DNA of 64,000 bases from a virus: IMG/VR virus record IMGVR_UViG_3300017991_000083, positions 27,367 through 91,366 of that record, one strand, 5' to 3'. Numbering within the stretch: position 1 is the stretch's first letter; the number at the start of each line of letters is the position of its first letter. Of the stretch, positions 1 to 9,300 are shown in pieces. The translations under genes and the position numbers were made by a program. A model generated the notes under the pieces. That model ran no database searches and was not told the origin of the DNA. It saw only the letters and a list, made by a program, of their open reading frames with translations.

Positions 1-135
1 CCGGGCCAGTGTCCGGGACGTGACGGGCACCACGTCCGAGACGATCCGCAGCAGCAGCCAGGTCGTTTTCGCGGCGTCTTCGAGCTTCGAGTAGCCGAGT
101 AGCAGCACCATCAGGGCATCAAGCAGCTCCACCAT
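1..135 (-). CDS. 5' part of a gene running off the window; possible HTH/replication-type protein
   Basis: GAGGAGGAG immediately upstream; open to the window edge (MVELLDALMVLLLGYSKLEDAAKTTWLLLRIVSDVVPVTSRTLAR). Function is a guess. Confidence 0.5.
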   Translation of the reverse strand, partial: MVELLDALMVLLLGYSKLEDAAKTTWLLLRIVSDVVPVTSRTLAR

Positions 136-276
136 CTCCTCCTCGGCCCCGTGTAGGGCAGCTTACGCAAGTCAGCACAGATGCGGGTCAGCCGCATATC
201 TGCGGACCGCACGGTCCTTACAAACTTGGCGCCCTCTGTAAGTATAACTTCTAGGCGCTTACAGTGAGCTGTCAGG

Positions 277-714
277 CTAACCACAGTCGCACCCTTTCAG
301 CGTATCTGCTGGTTCCCGCCCGTGCCATCCGACCACCAGGGTCCAGCGCCAGAGCGGGACGAGAATCTCCCCCTTCCAGCACGGCGCCGCAGGCCGGATG
401 AACCTCTTGCCGGCGCGTCGGCCGGACACCATCATCGCCCATACGATCCGGTCGTCCATCACGACCTCCTTGACGAGTGCGTCTACAGCCTTCTCCGCCA
501 AGGCTGACGCTATCGTCTTGAGAAGTGGAGCGGCTGACCCCTCTAGCTGTCGGACGTCGCGCTCCAGCTCTATCCTGCGAAGCACTGTCAGGGCGTGCTT
601 GAGACAGATCTGGCGCTGGTTCGAGAACGACTGTCTGAACGGGAGTAGCCCTATGTCCTGGGCCATCTCGTCGTAGGCCTGCTCGAAGATCAGCATCCTC
701 TGTCGGCTGTCCAT
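277..714 (-). CDS. hypothetical protein
   Basis: Start MDSRQRML coupled (TGATG) to the upstream stop. Confidence 0.6.
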   Translation of the reverse strand: MDSRQRMLIFEQAYDEMAQDIGLLPFRQSFSNQRQICLKHALTVLRRIELERDVRQLEGSAAPLLKTIASALAEKAVDALVKEVVMDDRIVWAMMVSGRRAGKRFIRPAAPCWKGEILVPLWRWTLVVGWHGREPADTLKGCDCG

Positions 715-920
715 CAACGTCTCCTTCGCAGGGCAGGATGCCGGTCGGGGCCGCGATGTTTCCGGTTGTCCATGAACGTGCGAATGCCGTTGTAGCAGGC
801 AGGACAACACTCGAACCAGACCCCCGGGCGGACGTCGATACGCTTCTTTTTGGGATTCTGCACCCTGCCCTTACAGATAGGGCAGTCCTCGAATAGCTCG
901 GTCTCGCCTTGCCTGTGCAT
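714..920 (-). CDS. small zinc-finger protein
   Basis: CPIC...CPAC motifs; TGATG coupling on both sides. Confidence 0.6.
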   Translation of the reverse strand: MHRQGETELFEDCPICKGRVQNPKKKRIDVRPGVWFECCPACYNGIRTFMDNRKHRGPDRHPALRRRR

Positions 921-1111
921 CAGCTCACCCCCTCGAGCTGTTCGACCCTCTGTCTCAGATCGTTGATGTCGCTTCGGAACTGCCACGGCCACCACTGCCA
1001 GACCCAAGTCGTCAGCCAGATGGAGACTATCAGCGCGATGAGGGAGATCACGATAGCCCATCTCTGCCGAGCCTCCATCTTGGCCTCTTCACTGACGAAG
1101 ATGTCGTCCAC
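920..1111 (-). CDS. small membrane protein
   Basis: One TM segment (WAIVISLIALIVSIWL) plus a short coiled coil; AGAGGGGG SD. Confidence 0.65.
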   Translation of the reverse strand: MDDIFVSEEAKMEARQRWAIVISLIALIVSIWLTTWVWQWWPWQFRSDINDLRQRVEQLEGVS

Positions 1112-1121
1112 TGTGCCCCCT

Positions 1122-2927
1122 CTATGAGATCAGCGCCCGGATCTTCTGGACGGTCAGGCGGTCGCTTCGCCACCCGCCCTCCACGACTATGTCGAACAGA
1201 TCCTGCTTATCCTCGAGGACGGCCTTCATCCGGGCCTCGACGGTGTCCTCGGCGATGATGTTGATGACGTTCAGGATGGGGCTCTTCTGGCCTACGCGGT
1301 CGATGCGGCCGGTCCGCTGGCGCATGGCCTGGGGGTTCCAGAGCAGGTCGAAGTTGATGAGCGTGCTGGCGCCCTGCATGTCCTGGCCCTCACGGAGCGC
1401 GTCTGAGGCGACGATGACTCGGCAGGGGCGCTTGCCCGTCATCAATGTGCCCTCGTTGAACTGTCGGCAGAGCTCGTTCCGCTCGTCGGGCTTCGAGTTC
1501 TTTCCGTGAACGGAGAGGGCCCCGTAGCCGCGCCTGTTCAGTTCGTGGGCGATCATGTCGCACATGTCGGTGAAGAAGCAGAAGACCACGAACTTCTCGT
1601 CAGGCTCGAATCCTCCGAGGATGCGGTAGAGCTCAGTGAGCTTGGTGCTGCCGCGATGGCTCTCCTTGGCCCCGATAAGGACCGGGGAGAGGCAGGCCTG
1701 GCGGAGATAGGTGAGGAGCGGGAGCACTTCGGCCATGATGATCTTCTTGGCCTTCTGCATGTCCTCGAGGAGCCCGGCGAGCTGGTCCTTGACCTGATCG
1801 TACAACTGACGCTGTTCGGGCGCCAGTTCTATCCAGCGGTCGGTCTCGATGATGTTGCCGGCGATGCGGCCCTTGAGCTGCTCGGCGACCTCTTCCTTCC
1901 GGCGCCGAAGTACGTAGGGCCCTATCCGCTCGGTCACGATCTCCAGGTTCTTGTAGCCCTTCACGCCCCCGAAGAAGTCTCGGACGATGAACCTCGAGTC
2001 GAACAGGGCGAAGTTGTCGAGGAACGCTCCCGGATCGATGATCTGGAACACGCTGAACAGGTCCTCGAGCGTGTTCTCGAGGAACGTCGCCGAGAGCCCA
2101 ACGACTCTTGGAACCCGCTTCGCGAGCTTGATCGCGGCCTTTGTGCGCTTCGCCTTCAGAGACTTCGCGTACTGAATCTCGTCCAGGACGAGCAGGCCAG
2201 GCTTCATGCCGGCGAACTCGTCGGGATAGCGCCAGAGCAGATCGTAGTTGACGATGGTGTAGGGATGTCCCGCGGACCACTGTTCTGCCCAGGCTTTCGC
2301 TCCCACCTTGCTCTTCGCCTGCAGGACCGTCACGGGATGGTCGGTGAACTTATGGATCTCCGCCTCCCACTTCTTCTTGAGCGAGGCGGGGCAGACTACC
2401 AGGACGGTCGCGAGCTCCCCCTGCTCCCGGAGCGATTCGGCGAACGCGATGGCCTCGACCGTCTTCCCGAGCCCGACCACGTCACCCAGGATAGCGCCGC
2501 CCTCCCTAGAGGCCGAAAAAGCCCCGTGAAGCCATTCGACGGCCGCAGACTGGTATGGGGGCAGTTCGCCCTTGAACGTCGCAGGAACGAGCAATTTGGG
2601 GGGCTCAGCGCCGTTCTGAGGGGCCTTTTGAGACCTGTCCAGGCCCTGGCCCTGGGCCTGGACCATGCTCTCGCGCCAGGCCATGTGCCGATCGTAGGCC
2701 ACCTGGGCCTTCGCATCGACCGCGATGACGCCCTGGCCGCACAGGTGCTCGTCGACGAGCACCCTGAGCTCGTCCAGGCACTCGAGCGGTGCGATCCACA
2801 CGCGCTCGCGAGGCTTCCACTCCCGGGTAGAGAGCTTCGTTCCGGCCACGTGCTTGTAGCGCGTGAAATGGGGACCGTTGAACCGGAACGCAAAGGTCCG
2901 GCTGTCACGATATGACACCGTCAGCAT
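1122..2927 (-). CDS. SNF2-family DEAD/DEAH helicase/ATPase
   Basis: GDVVGLGKT, VVCPAS, LVLDEIQ, GLSAT, LRRRK, EGQDM and QRTGRIDRVGQ motifs. Confidence 0.93.
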   Translation of the reverse strand: MLTVSYRDSRTFAFRFNGPHFTRYKHVAGTKLSTREWKPRERVWIAPLECLDELRVLVDEHLCGQGVIAVDAKAQVAYDRHMAWRESMVQAQGQGLDRSQKAPQNGAEPPKLLVPATFKGELPPYQSAAVEWLHGAFSASREGGAILGDVVGLGKTVEAIAFAESLREQGELATVLVVCPASLKKKWEAEIHKFTDHPVTVLQAKSKVGAKAWAEQWSAGHPYTIVNYDLLWRYPDEFAGMKPGLLVLDEIQYAKSLKAKRTKAAIKLAKRVPRVVGLSATFLENTLEDLFSVFQIIDPGAFLDNFALFDSRFIVRDFFGGVKGYKNLEIVTERIGPYVLRRRKEEVAEQLKGRIAGNIIETDRWIELAPEQRQLYDQVKDQLAGLLEDMQKAKKIIMAEVLPLLTYLRQACLSPVLIGAKESHRGSTKLTELYRILGGFEPDEKFVVFCFFTDMCDMIAHELNRRGYGALSVHGKNSKPDERNELCRQFNEGTLMTGKRPCRVIVASDALREGQDMQGASTLINFDLLWNPQAMRQRTGRIDRVGQKSPILNVINIIAEDTVEARMKAVLEDKQDLFDIVVEGGWRSDRLTVQKIRALIS

Positions 2928-2938
2928 CTAGGCTCCGG

Positions 2939-3337
2939 CTAGTGATATGGCCCTGCAGGACAGCCCTTGTCGCGCCACTTCTGGATGATCTCTTCGTAGC
3001 GTGCGCGGAACTGCATCGTGGACATGCCGCCGATGTGACGCATGAACTCGGCCACCAGATCTGCTACCCGATTGTCGAGGGTGCGGGGTGGTGTGGCCGG
3101 CAGCGGCTTGGGCTCGATGCGATGAATGACCCTGTGTGCCACAACGCTCCAGGGACAGTAAGGCCCGGGCTTGGTCGGCGGTGGCTGGCGGAACAGCGGT
3201 GTCCCGCCGCAGATCGTTATCTTCGACCGCGGCGCACAGCGCCGGCGCCAGAACCAGAGATGGGTCACGAGGATAGCGCTGTAGGACGCCAGGACGAAGA
3301 GGCAGAACAGCAGGATCTTGAAGAACACAATCGACAT
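2939..3337 (-). CDS. hypothetical membrane-anchored protein
   Basis: N-terminal TM segment; GGGAAGGGGG SD. Confidence 0.55.
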   Translation of the reverse strand: MSIVFFKILLFCLFVLASYSAILVTHLWFWRRRCAPRSKITICGGTPLFRQPPPTKPGPYCPWSVVAHRVIHRIEPKPLPATPPRTLDNRVADLVAEFMRHIGGMSTMQFRARYEEIIQKWRDKGCPAGPYH

Positions 3338-3413
3338 GGGAGCCCCCTTCCCGTGTGAGAGAGACCGTTCCTACTCGATATACGCCAATCGGGCGCGTTT
3401 TGGGCGCTACTTT

Positions 3414-4025
3414 CTAGGAGAAACTCTCTGGTCGGAACGGGACCCTGGCCGGATCGAGACAGGCTGCCCACATGTGACGCTTCTTCTTCGTCGTCGTCGT
3501 GAGCTTCGCCCGGTGCTCGTAACGCTCCTTCGCGCACTGATACCAGGGCCGTTCAGCGTCGTGCAGCAGCAGGATCCCGTTCGGCTTGAGGAGAGTCCGG
3601 GACCTGATAACGCATCGCCGACGGAAGCGGCCGTCGACAATGACGATGTCGAACTTCTGACGCTTGATCGCACTCTCCGGGACGTCCTTGAGCTCCTCGG
3701 GATCTCCGTCTAGCCAGGGGAGCGCGATGTAGGTGTTCCCGTTCGTGTTCAGGGGCATGAAGTGGACGGTGACGGCCCCTTTCGGTATCTTCTCTTCCTT
3801 GACGCTGACCGCCACCTTGCCGCGGACGCGCTTGTTCCAGCTCTGGTGATGTTCGATGGACCGCCAGCGGAACCGGACCCCGAGCTTGTGCAGGAGCTCG
3901 GCGCACATGAGCGTACTGCCGCCGGAGCCCCACTCGAGGATCTCGAGCGGCTGGCCGGTCTCGGCGTAGGCCCGCATCACTTCCCGGAGAATCTCTATGT
4001 CGTCGGGGTCCATCCAGGGCTTCAT
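3414..4025 (-). CDS. class I SAM-dependent methyltransferase
   Basis: ILEWGSGGST, SIEH, FDIVIVDGRFR and GILLLHDAER; ATGA overlap with the lysin stop. Confidence 0.88.
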   Translation of the reverse strand: MKPWMDPDDIEILREVMRAYAETGQPLEILEWGSGGSTLMCAELLHKLGVRFRWRSIEHHQSWNKRVRGKVAVSVKEEKIPKGAVTVHFMPLNTNGNTYIALPWLDGDPEELKDVPESAIKRQKFDIVIVDGRFRRRCVIRSRTLLKPNGILLLHDAERPWYQCAKERYEHRAKLTTTTKKKRHMWAACLDPARVPFRPESFS

Positions 4026-4681
4026 AGCTGGCTCATGTAGCCGGCGACCTTCCGCCGGAACTCGTAGGGGTCGAGGTTCTCGCCGGGACACATCTTCCTG
4101 TAGACCTTCTCGCCGCTCGGACCCATGCTCCACCCGGTCCCCTGGAGCTCGCGATGGAACACGGCGCCCGTCGACGGTAGGCCGAGCTCGTGCAGGACCC
4201 AGGCGACGGTCTTCGCCGCTGCTGCCCACTTCATCTCCGGGAGATTCGAGATGCCGTCATAGTCGATGGCGACCGCGAGCGAGGTCTTGTTCCAGGATGC
4301 AACGTGCCAGGCCCGAACGTCGTAGTCGAGACACCAGTGAACGACGCAGTCCCCACCCACAAACTCGATGACATAGTGATAGGTGATCGTCGGACAACCC
4401 TCGTTCGGGTTGATGTGGCATTCGGGGCTCGTGTCGTAGAGCGCCAGGTCGTAGACGTCGGCCGCGGGCTTGTCGTCGTCGGCCGTGCAGTGCAGCACAA
4501 CGCGCTCGATGACGTCGACCGGGCGCCGGGGGATCGGCAGGGTCGGATGCGCGTACTCGCCCTGCATCTCTTCGCGGATGTCAGAGAACTTTACACTCTC
4601 GCCGAGCAGATCTGCCAGGCTACTGAATGTCTTCTTCTGTCCCAAGATGAGCCTTATCCAGTTGAGGAATCGCGTCCACAT
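4022..4681 (-). CDS. endolysin, N-acetylmuramoyl-L-alanine amidase (Amidase_2/T7 lysozyme-like)
   Basis: VVLHCTA, YHYVI, AWHV, FHREL and KMCPG zinc-amidase motifs. Confidence 0.9.
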   Translation of the reverse strand: MWTRFLNWIRLILGQKKTFSSLADLLGESVKFSDIREEMQGEYAHPTLPIPRRPVDVIERVVLHCTADDDKPAADVYDLALYDTSPECHINPNEGCPTITYHYVIEFVGGDCVVHWCLDYDVRAWHVASWNKTSLAVAIDYDGISNLPEMKWAAAAKTVAWVLHELGLPSTGAVFHRELQGTGWSMGPSGEKVYRKMCPGENLDPYEFRRKVAGYMSQL

Positions 4682-5502
4682 CAGCTACCGCCACTGGTGA
4701 TGATCGACTCGGAGAAGAGTAGATCAAGTCCTTCGAGCAGGAGAGCCTCGTCGTCGTCGGGAGTGAACCTGCTATTGAACACGTAGCGCATGACCGCGGC
4801 GCTGGACGACGGCCGGCACGACGCACAGTCTTCTTCGTCGGAGTGCGGCCAGTAGACTATAACCTCGGCATTCTGAAGGGCGCTGACGACAGCCTGCTCG
4901 TCCAGGGTCAGGCCCGGCCACTTGAGATAGCCGTAGAACCGCCAGCCTGTGGCCAGGGCACTGATGGAGAGCCCGTTTATCGTCTGCGGCCTGAGCTCGC
5001 GAGCGTGCTTCAGCTCCTCGTATGTCGGATTCGGCATACCCAGGGAGACAGTGTCGACTTCGTAGCACTTGACTCCGTCGATGTTCAGCGTCCCCGAGCT
5101 CGTGATCTTCACCAGGAACGACGTCGCCTCGCGGTAGTGCGCGAACGTCTTGATAACGGCCCGCTCCTTGTAGGCCGAGCTTGAGAGCCCTGTGATGGAG
5201 AAGCTCTCGTCTCCGACCATCACGGTCGCTGTCGCCGTTGCCGACTTCGCAAAGAAGCTCACTACGAAGGACCGCGACCCAAGAGCGCCCGTGACCGTGC
5301 AGGTGGTCTGTACGGTCTCGCTGCTGATCTTGAAGGAGTAGTCGCCAAGCGGCGTCGAGGAGTCGGCCTCGCGGGTGCCTCCGGTCCATCCGCTCGTGTC
5401 GGTCTCGAACTCGCCGTTCGTGATGTAGTCCGTATCGTCATCGCAGACGGCGAACTTCGGCTGTTCGTCGCCGATCGTGAGCGGGTGTATCCAGAGCGGC
5501 AT
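4681..5502 (-). CDS. tail-associated protein with a CBM-like jelly-roll domain
   Basis: ITNGEFE...W start and IDGV end typical of CBM4-like folds; paralogous to 5502..6341; tail module position. Confidence 0.65.
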   Translation of the reverse strand: MPLWIHPLTIGDEQPKFAVCDDDTDYITNGEFETDTSGWTGGTREADSSTPLGDYSFKISSETVQTTCTVTGALGSRSFVVSFFAKSATATATVMVGDESFSITGLSSSAYKERAVIKTFAHYREATSFLVKITSSGTLNIDGVKCYEVDTVSLGMPNPTYEELKHARELRPQTINGLSISALATGWRFYGYLKWPGLTLDEQAVVSALQNAEVIVYWPHSDEEDCASCRPSSSAAVMRYVFNSRFTPDDDEALLLEGLDLLFSESIITSGGS

Positions 5503-6341
5503 TAGCTAATCACCTCTATCGGCTTCGCAGACAGCAGGTCGGCTCCGATGAGTGCGATGGTCCCGACGTGGCCGAGGTATCTGTTGTGGAAGTAGCGCCG
5601 GCGGTACTTCGTGTCGTCCCACAGGCACGACATGACGAAGTTGGCGTCCGTGTGCGGCCAGAAGATAATGATCCCTGCCTCGCTGATCTGCGTCCGACGG
5701 ATCTCCTGCATCGCCGTCAGCAGATCGTACTTGAGCTCCGCAGTGAACCGCCAGCCCAGGACGTAGTCCGTGATGGTCAGGTCAGCGCGAATGGTCCGGG
5801 CCTGGAGTTGGCGCTCGAAATCATACTGGTCCACGGACGGCAGTGGCAGCCCCGTGATGTCGCGCATAACCCTGTGACAACGGATTCGGTCTACGTGGAG
5901 AGCCGCTGTGGCAGTACACGACACGGTGAACTCCGTGTCTGTCTGGCCGGCGGAGAACGTGACCACGCCGGCCCTCGGGCGATACTCCGAAGAGTCGAGG
6001 TCTCTGAGATAGACGGTGTGTGACTCTGCCGGCGACGTTGCTGAGATGGTGAACGACTCGACGCCCGAGCCTCTTGCGAACAGGGTCAGGGCGAAGGACA
6101 TCCCGCCGAGAGCCCCGAGGCTAGGAGATATCGTCTGATACATCGTGTCTGTCGGATCGAGGCGCCCAACGAAGTCTCCGAACGGGGTTAGAGGGTCGGC
6201 GTACTGAGATACGCCCCCGCCGTCCCAATCGTCGCCGTTGACCTCGAACTCGCCGTTTGTGATGTGGTTCTCGGAGTCGCAGAGCACGAAGCGCGGGGGG
6301 AGCACTCCACCGATGACGTTCGCTTCCCAAGGATGTGACAT
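5502..6341 (-). CDS. tail-associated protein with a CBM-like domain (paralogue of 4681..5502)
   Basis: Shared ITNGEFE, TPxGD, GWRF and WPHxD motifs. Confidence 0.65.
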   Translation of the reverse strand: MSHPWEANVIGGVLPPRFVLCDSENHITNGEFEVNGDDWDGGGVSQYADPLTPFGDFVGRLDPTDTMYQTISPSLGALGGMSFALTLFARGSGVESFTISATSPAESHTVYLRDLDSSEYRPRAGVVTFSAGQTDTEFTVSCTATAALHVDRIRCHRVMRDITGLPLPSVDQYDFERQLQARTIRADLTITDYVLGWRFTAELKYDLLTAMQEIRRTQISEAGIIIFWPHTDANFVMSCLWDDTKYRRRYFHNRYLGHVGTIALIGADLLSAKPIEVIS

Positions 6342-6350
6342 GCTAACCCC

Positions 6351-9300
6351 CTACGTTTCTTCTCCGTCCCACACCAGGGCCTTGACATCGAGTGAGTTCT
6401 TCCTCATATCCAGGCCGAGCTCCGAGATGCTCCATCGAACGGTTCTGTCAGAGCACCCGAACGTCGAGGATACAAAGAGCCTAAAGACGTCCTTCAGCTC
6501 GAGCCAGGGCATGAACACCACTGCCATGTCCACAACCATCCTGGCGACCTGGAAGTAGGCATCGTACACCTGCGCCATCGCGTCTGCAACGTACATGTCC
6601 TGGACGAACGGGTTCGTCAGTTGCAGAACCTTGGCTCCCCACTCAGACGAGCCAGATATCTCAGTCCCGTTCTCGCCGTAGATATCTGTCCAGTCCACGT
6701 GGACGCCGTCGTACTGATGGGGCCAGGTCTCTACGCCGTTGATCTTGACCAGGTGTTCTGGCTCCGTGATCTGAAGGACGTTGCCACTGGCGATAGAGTG
6801 GTCTCGCTTCTGCACGTAGGCCTCGCGCTCGGGCGAGATTCGGAAGACGGTGTTTGTGATCTCGCAGAGGTACGTGATGGCCTGTCGAATGCTCATGCCC
6901 TGACCGAAGTTGGCGATGGTCACGCGAGGGTAGACCTCAGTGTCGTAGTGAAACAGGATCCCTCGAGGATGCGTCACGCCGTAGATGCGTCCCGTCCCCG
7001 TGGCGAGCAGCTTGCCCGAGATGCCCCAATCGGATGCTTGTAGGTTATCGAGGCGCGTCAGCGTGATGGTGCTCCCGTTGTAGGTCGCGCTTACGAGGAT
7101 GGCGCCGCGGTCCTTGTACAGTGGATGCGCCAGGACAGAGTAGACCTTGTCGCTATGCGGGTCGAAGACGTGGCCCATGAACTGGCTGTTGCTCGTGTCC
7201 GTGGCGTCGGACAGGGACTGAGACTTGACCATCGTCACGCCGCTGGAGTCGATGTCGAGCACGAAGTAGAAGTACTGAAGCGCGTCCAAGTCCCCGGTTT
7301 CCGCACCGTCATCGCGGTCCCAAAGGGCGCCGTGGATGATGTGGTTGCTCGAGGAGCTGTCGCCGTCGCAGAGGTTGAGGATGGTATAGCCCTTGTGCCC
7401 TCCGTCGTCGTATATCCAGTTGTCCCACACGACTACGGACTCGGAGTAGACCCTGTCTATCCGGACCGTGTTCGATGAGATGGAACTCATCCGGATGCGG
7501 ATCCAGTAGAACTCATCCGTATTGGAGACCTGGGTCTGTGTCCCGGGGTTCGTCAGGTTATAGAACGTAGACGGGGTCCACCTTTGCTTGTCTGCCGAGT
7601 TGAACGGTGGATGGATGCAGATGACTCCGCTCGCAGACAGCTCGTACGTCCCGTCGAAGTAACGCCTCTCTGACGACTCATCGCTGCCGACGTCGGACAT
7701 CGTCTCCCAAGCAGAGCCGGTCCAGATCTGTATCTCCATCGTCCCGCTGACGGTCGGGTCCACGAACTCGAGCTGGACGGAGAGGAACTGCTCTGCCATG
7801 CCGAGGTAGAGATAGTCGTCAGTGCTGTCGAGCTCGACGGTGTACGAAGGCGCGTCCTCCGATGCGAGGTCTGACGAAGAGTCGGTCCACCCCGACGCCG
7901 AGTTGTACCAGTAGGCCACACCCGGGCGCTGGAGATTGGGGGCGCCGGAGCTGACGAAGAAGAACCCTTCGTCCTTGTAGCTAATGACACGGAGCGCCGC
8001 CATGCTGGTCTCGCCGTACCCCATCTCAACGATCTGCATGACCGCGATGTACCTGTAGTCGTCTATGCCGAGGCACCCGCACAGAACCTGCGTGTCGACA
8101 CCCTTCCTGTGCCATCGCAGGTACTTGGGACCGTCCGCGTGCCAGGTGTCGTCTCCTATCCGATGGCGATACATCGCAGAGTGAAGGACACAGCCCGATC
8201 CGTTCGTCTCGATGTTCTGGAACCGTTGCTGGTGGATGCTACCTGTGGCAGATTCGTACTCCAGGAATCCCTCCTGGCCGAACGTGTAGCGCAGTCGGGC
8301 AGGATACTTGTGAATGTTGATGGGGAAGTGATCCCAATGACTGTAGAAGCCTGCCGGGAGATAGATCCACGGGTAGCCCTTAGCCCCGGTAAAGATGGTC
8401 GAGACGTCTCGGCCGATGTACATGTAGAGCCCCATGAAGAAGACTCCCCTGGACACCAGGCCGGCAGCCGACTGCATTCCAGAGAACAGGTACTGCGCTC
8501 CGTTGTACTTGAACTTGCCGCACGTTACGAGCTGGCCGAACGGGAGAGAGATGTTCTCCCCGTTGTTCATCCCGGCCCCGCCCTCGGTCCACTGTCCGGT
8601 CATTCTCTGGTAGGTGCCAGAGGCCTCTCCATCGATGTGCTGATCTCGCCCCGGGCGGACGATGTGGGTGCCGGGCCAGACGCCGTAGTAGTAGTCGTCG
8701 GCCGCGGCATTCTTCAGGTCATACGTGTATATCTCGAGGACCGCATCGTCGATGTCGTACTGGAACGCGATGCCAGGACAAGTGTACTGGCTCCAACACC
8801 AGTACTTGTATGGGTGAATGGCCAGTCCCCGCAGGGTCAGATTGCCAGAGACGGTCTCAAGTGCGAGAACGACGATCTGGTAGTCCTCAGACCAGGTGGT
8901 CTCATAGTTCCATCCGGTGTCGGATCCCTCTACGGGGTCTGTGTACCCTGGCCGCGGCACAGTGTAGACGTGCTCGAACTCGGTGTCGCCCTTCACGCGC
9001 CAGATCTCGAGCCCTGACGCGACGTAGAGATAGCCACTCGAAGAGTCGTAGGTCATCGCGGAAATGGGATGCCGGGCCGTCAGGTGTGGGCACCTGCCCC
9101 CGTACCCGAATATCTGAGCAGTGTCTATCTCGAGGTTGAGATCGTCGATGTGCTGAATGCCGGGGGCATACCCGCCACGGACGAGCAGCTTCTGGATGAG
9201 CCCGTGTGCGGACATGAGCTGATACCAAGTCGCCGGCACGGGAATGACCGTGTTGTTCTCGTCGACGTCATGCTTGATTATCACCTGCTGATTCACGGAT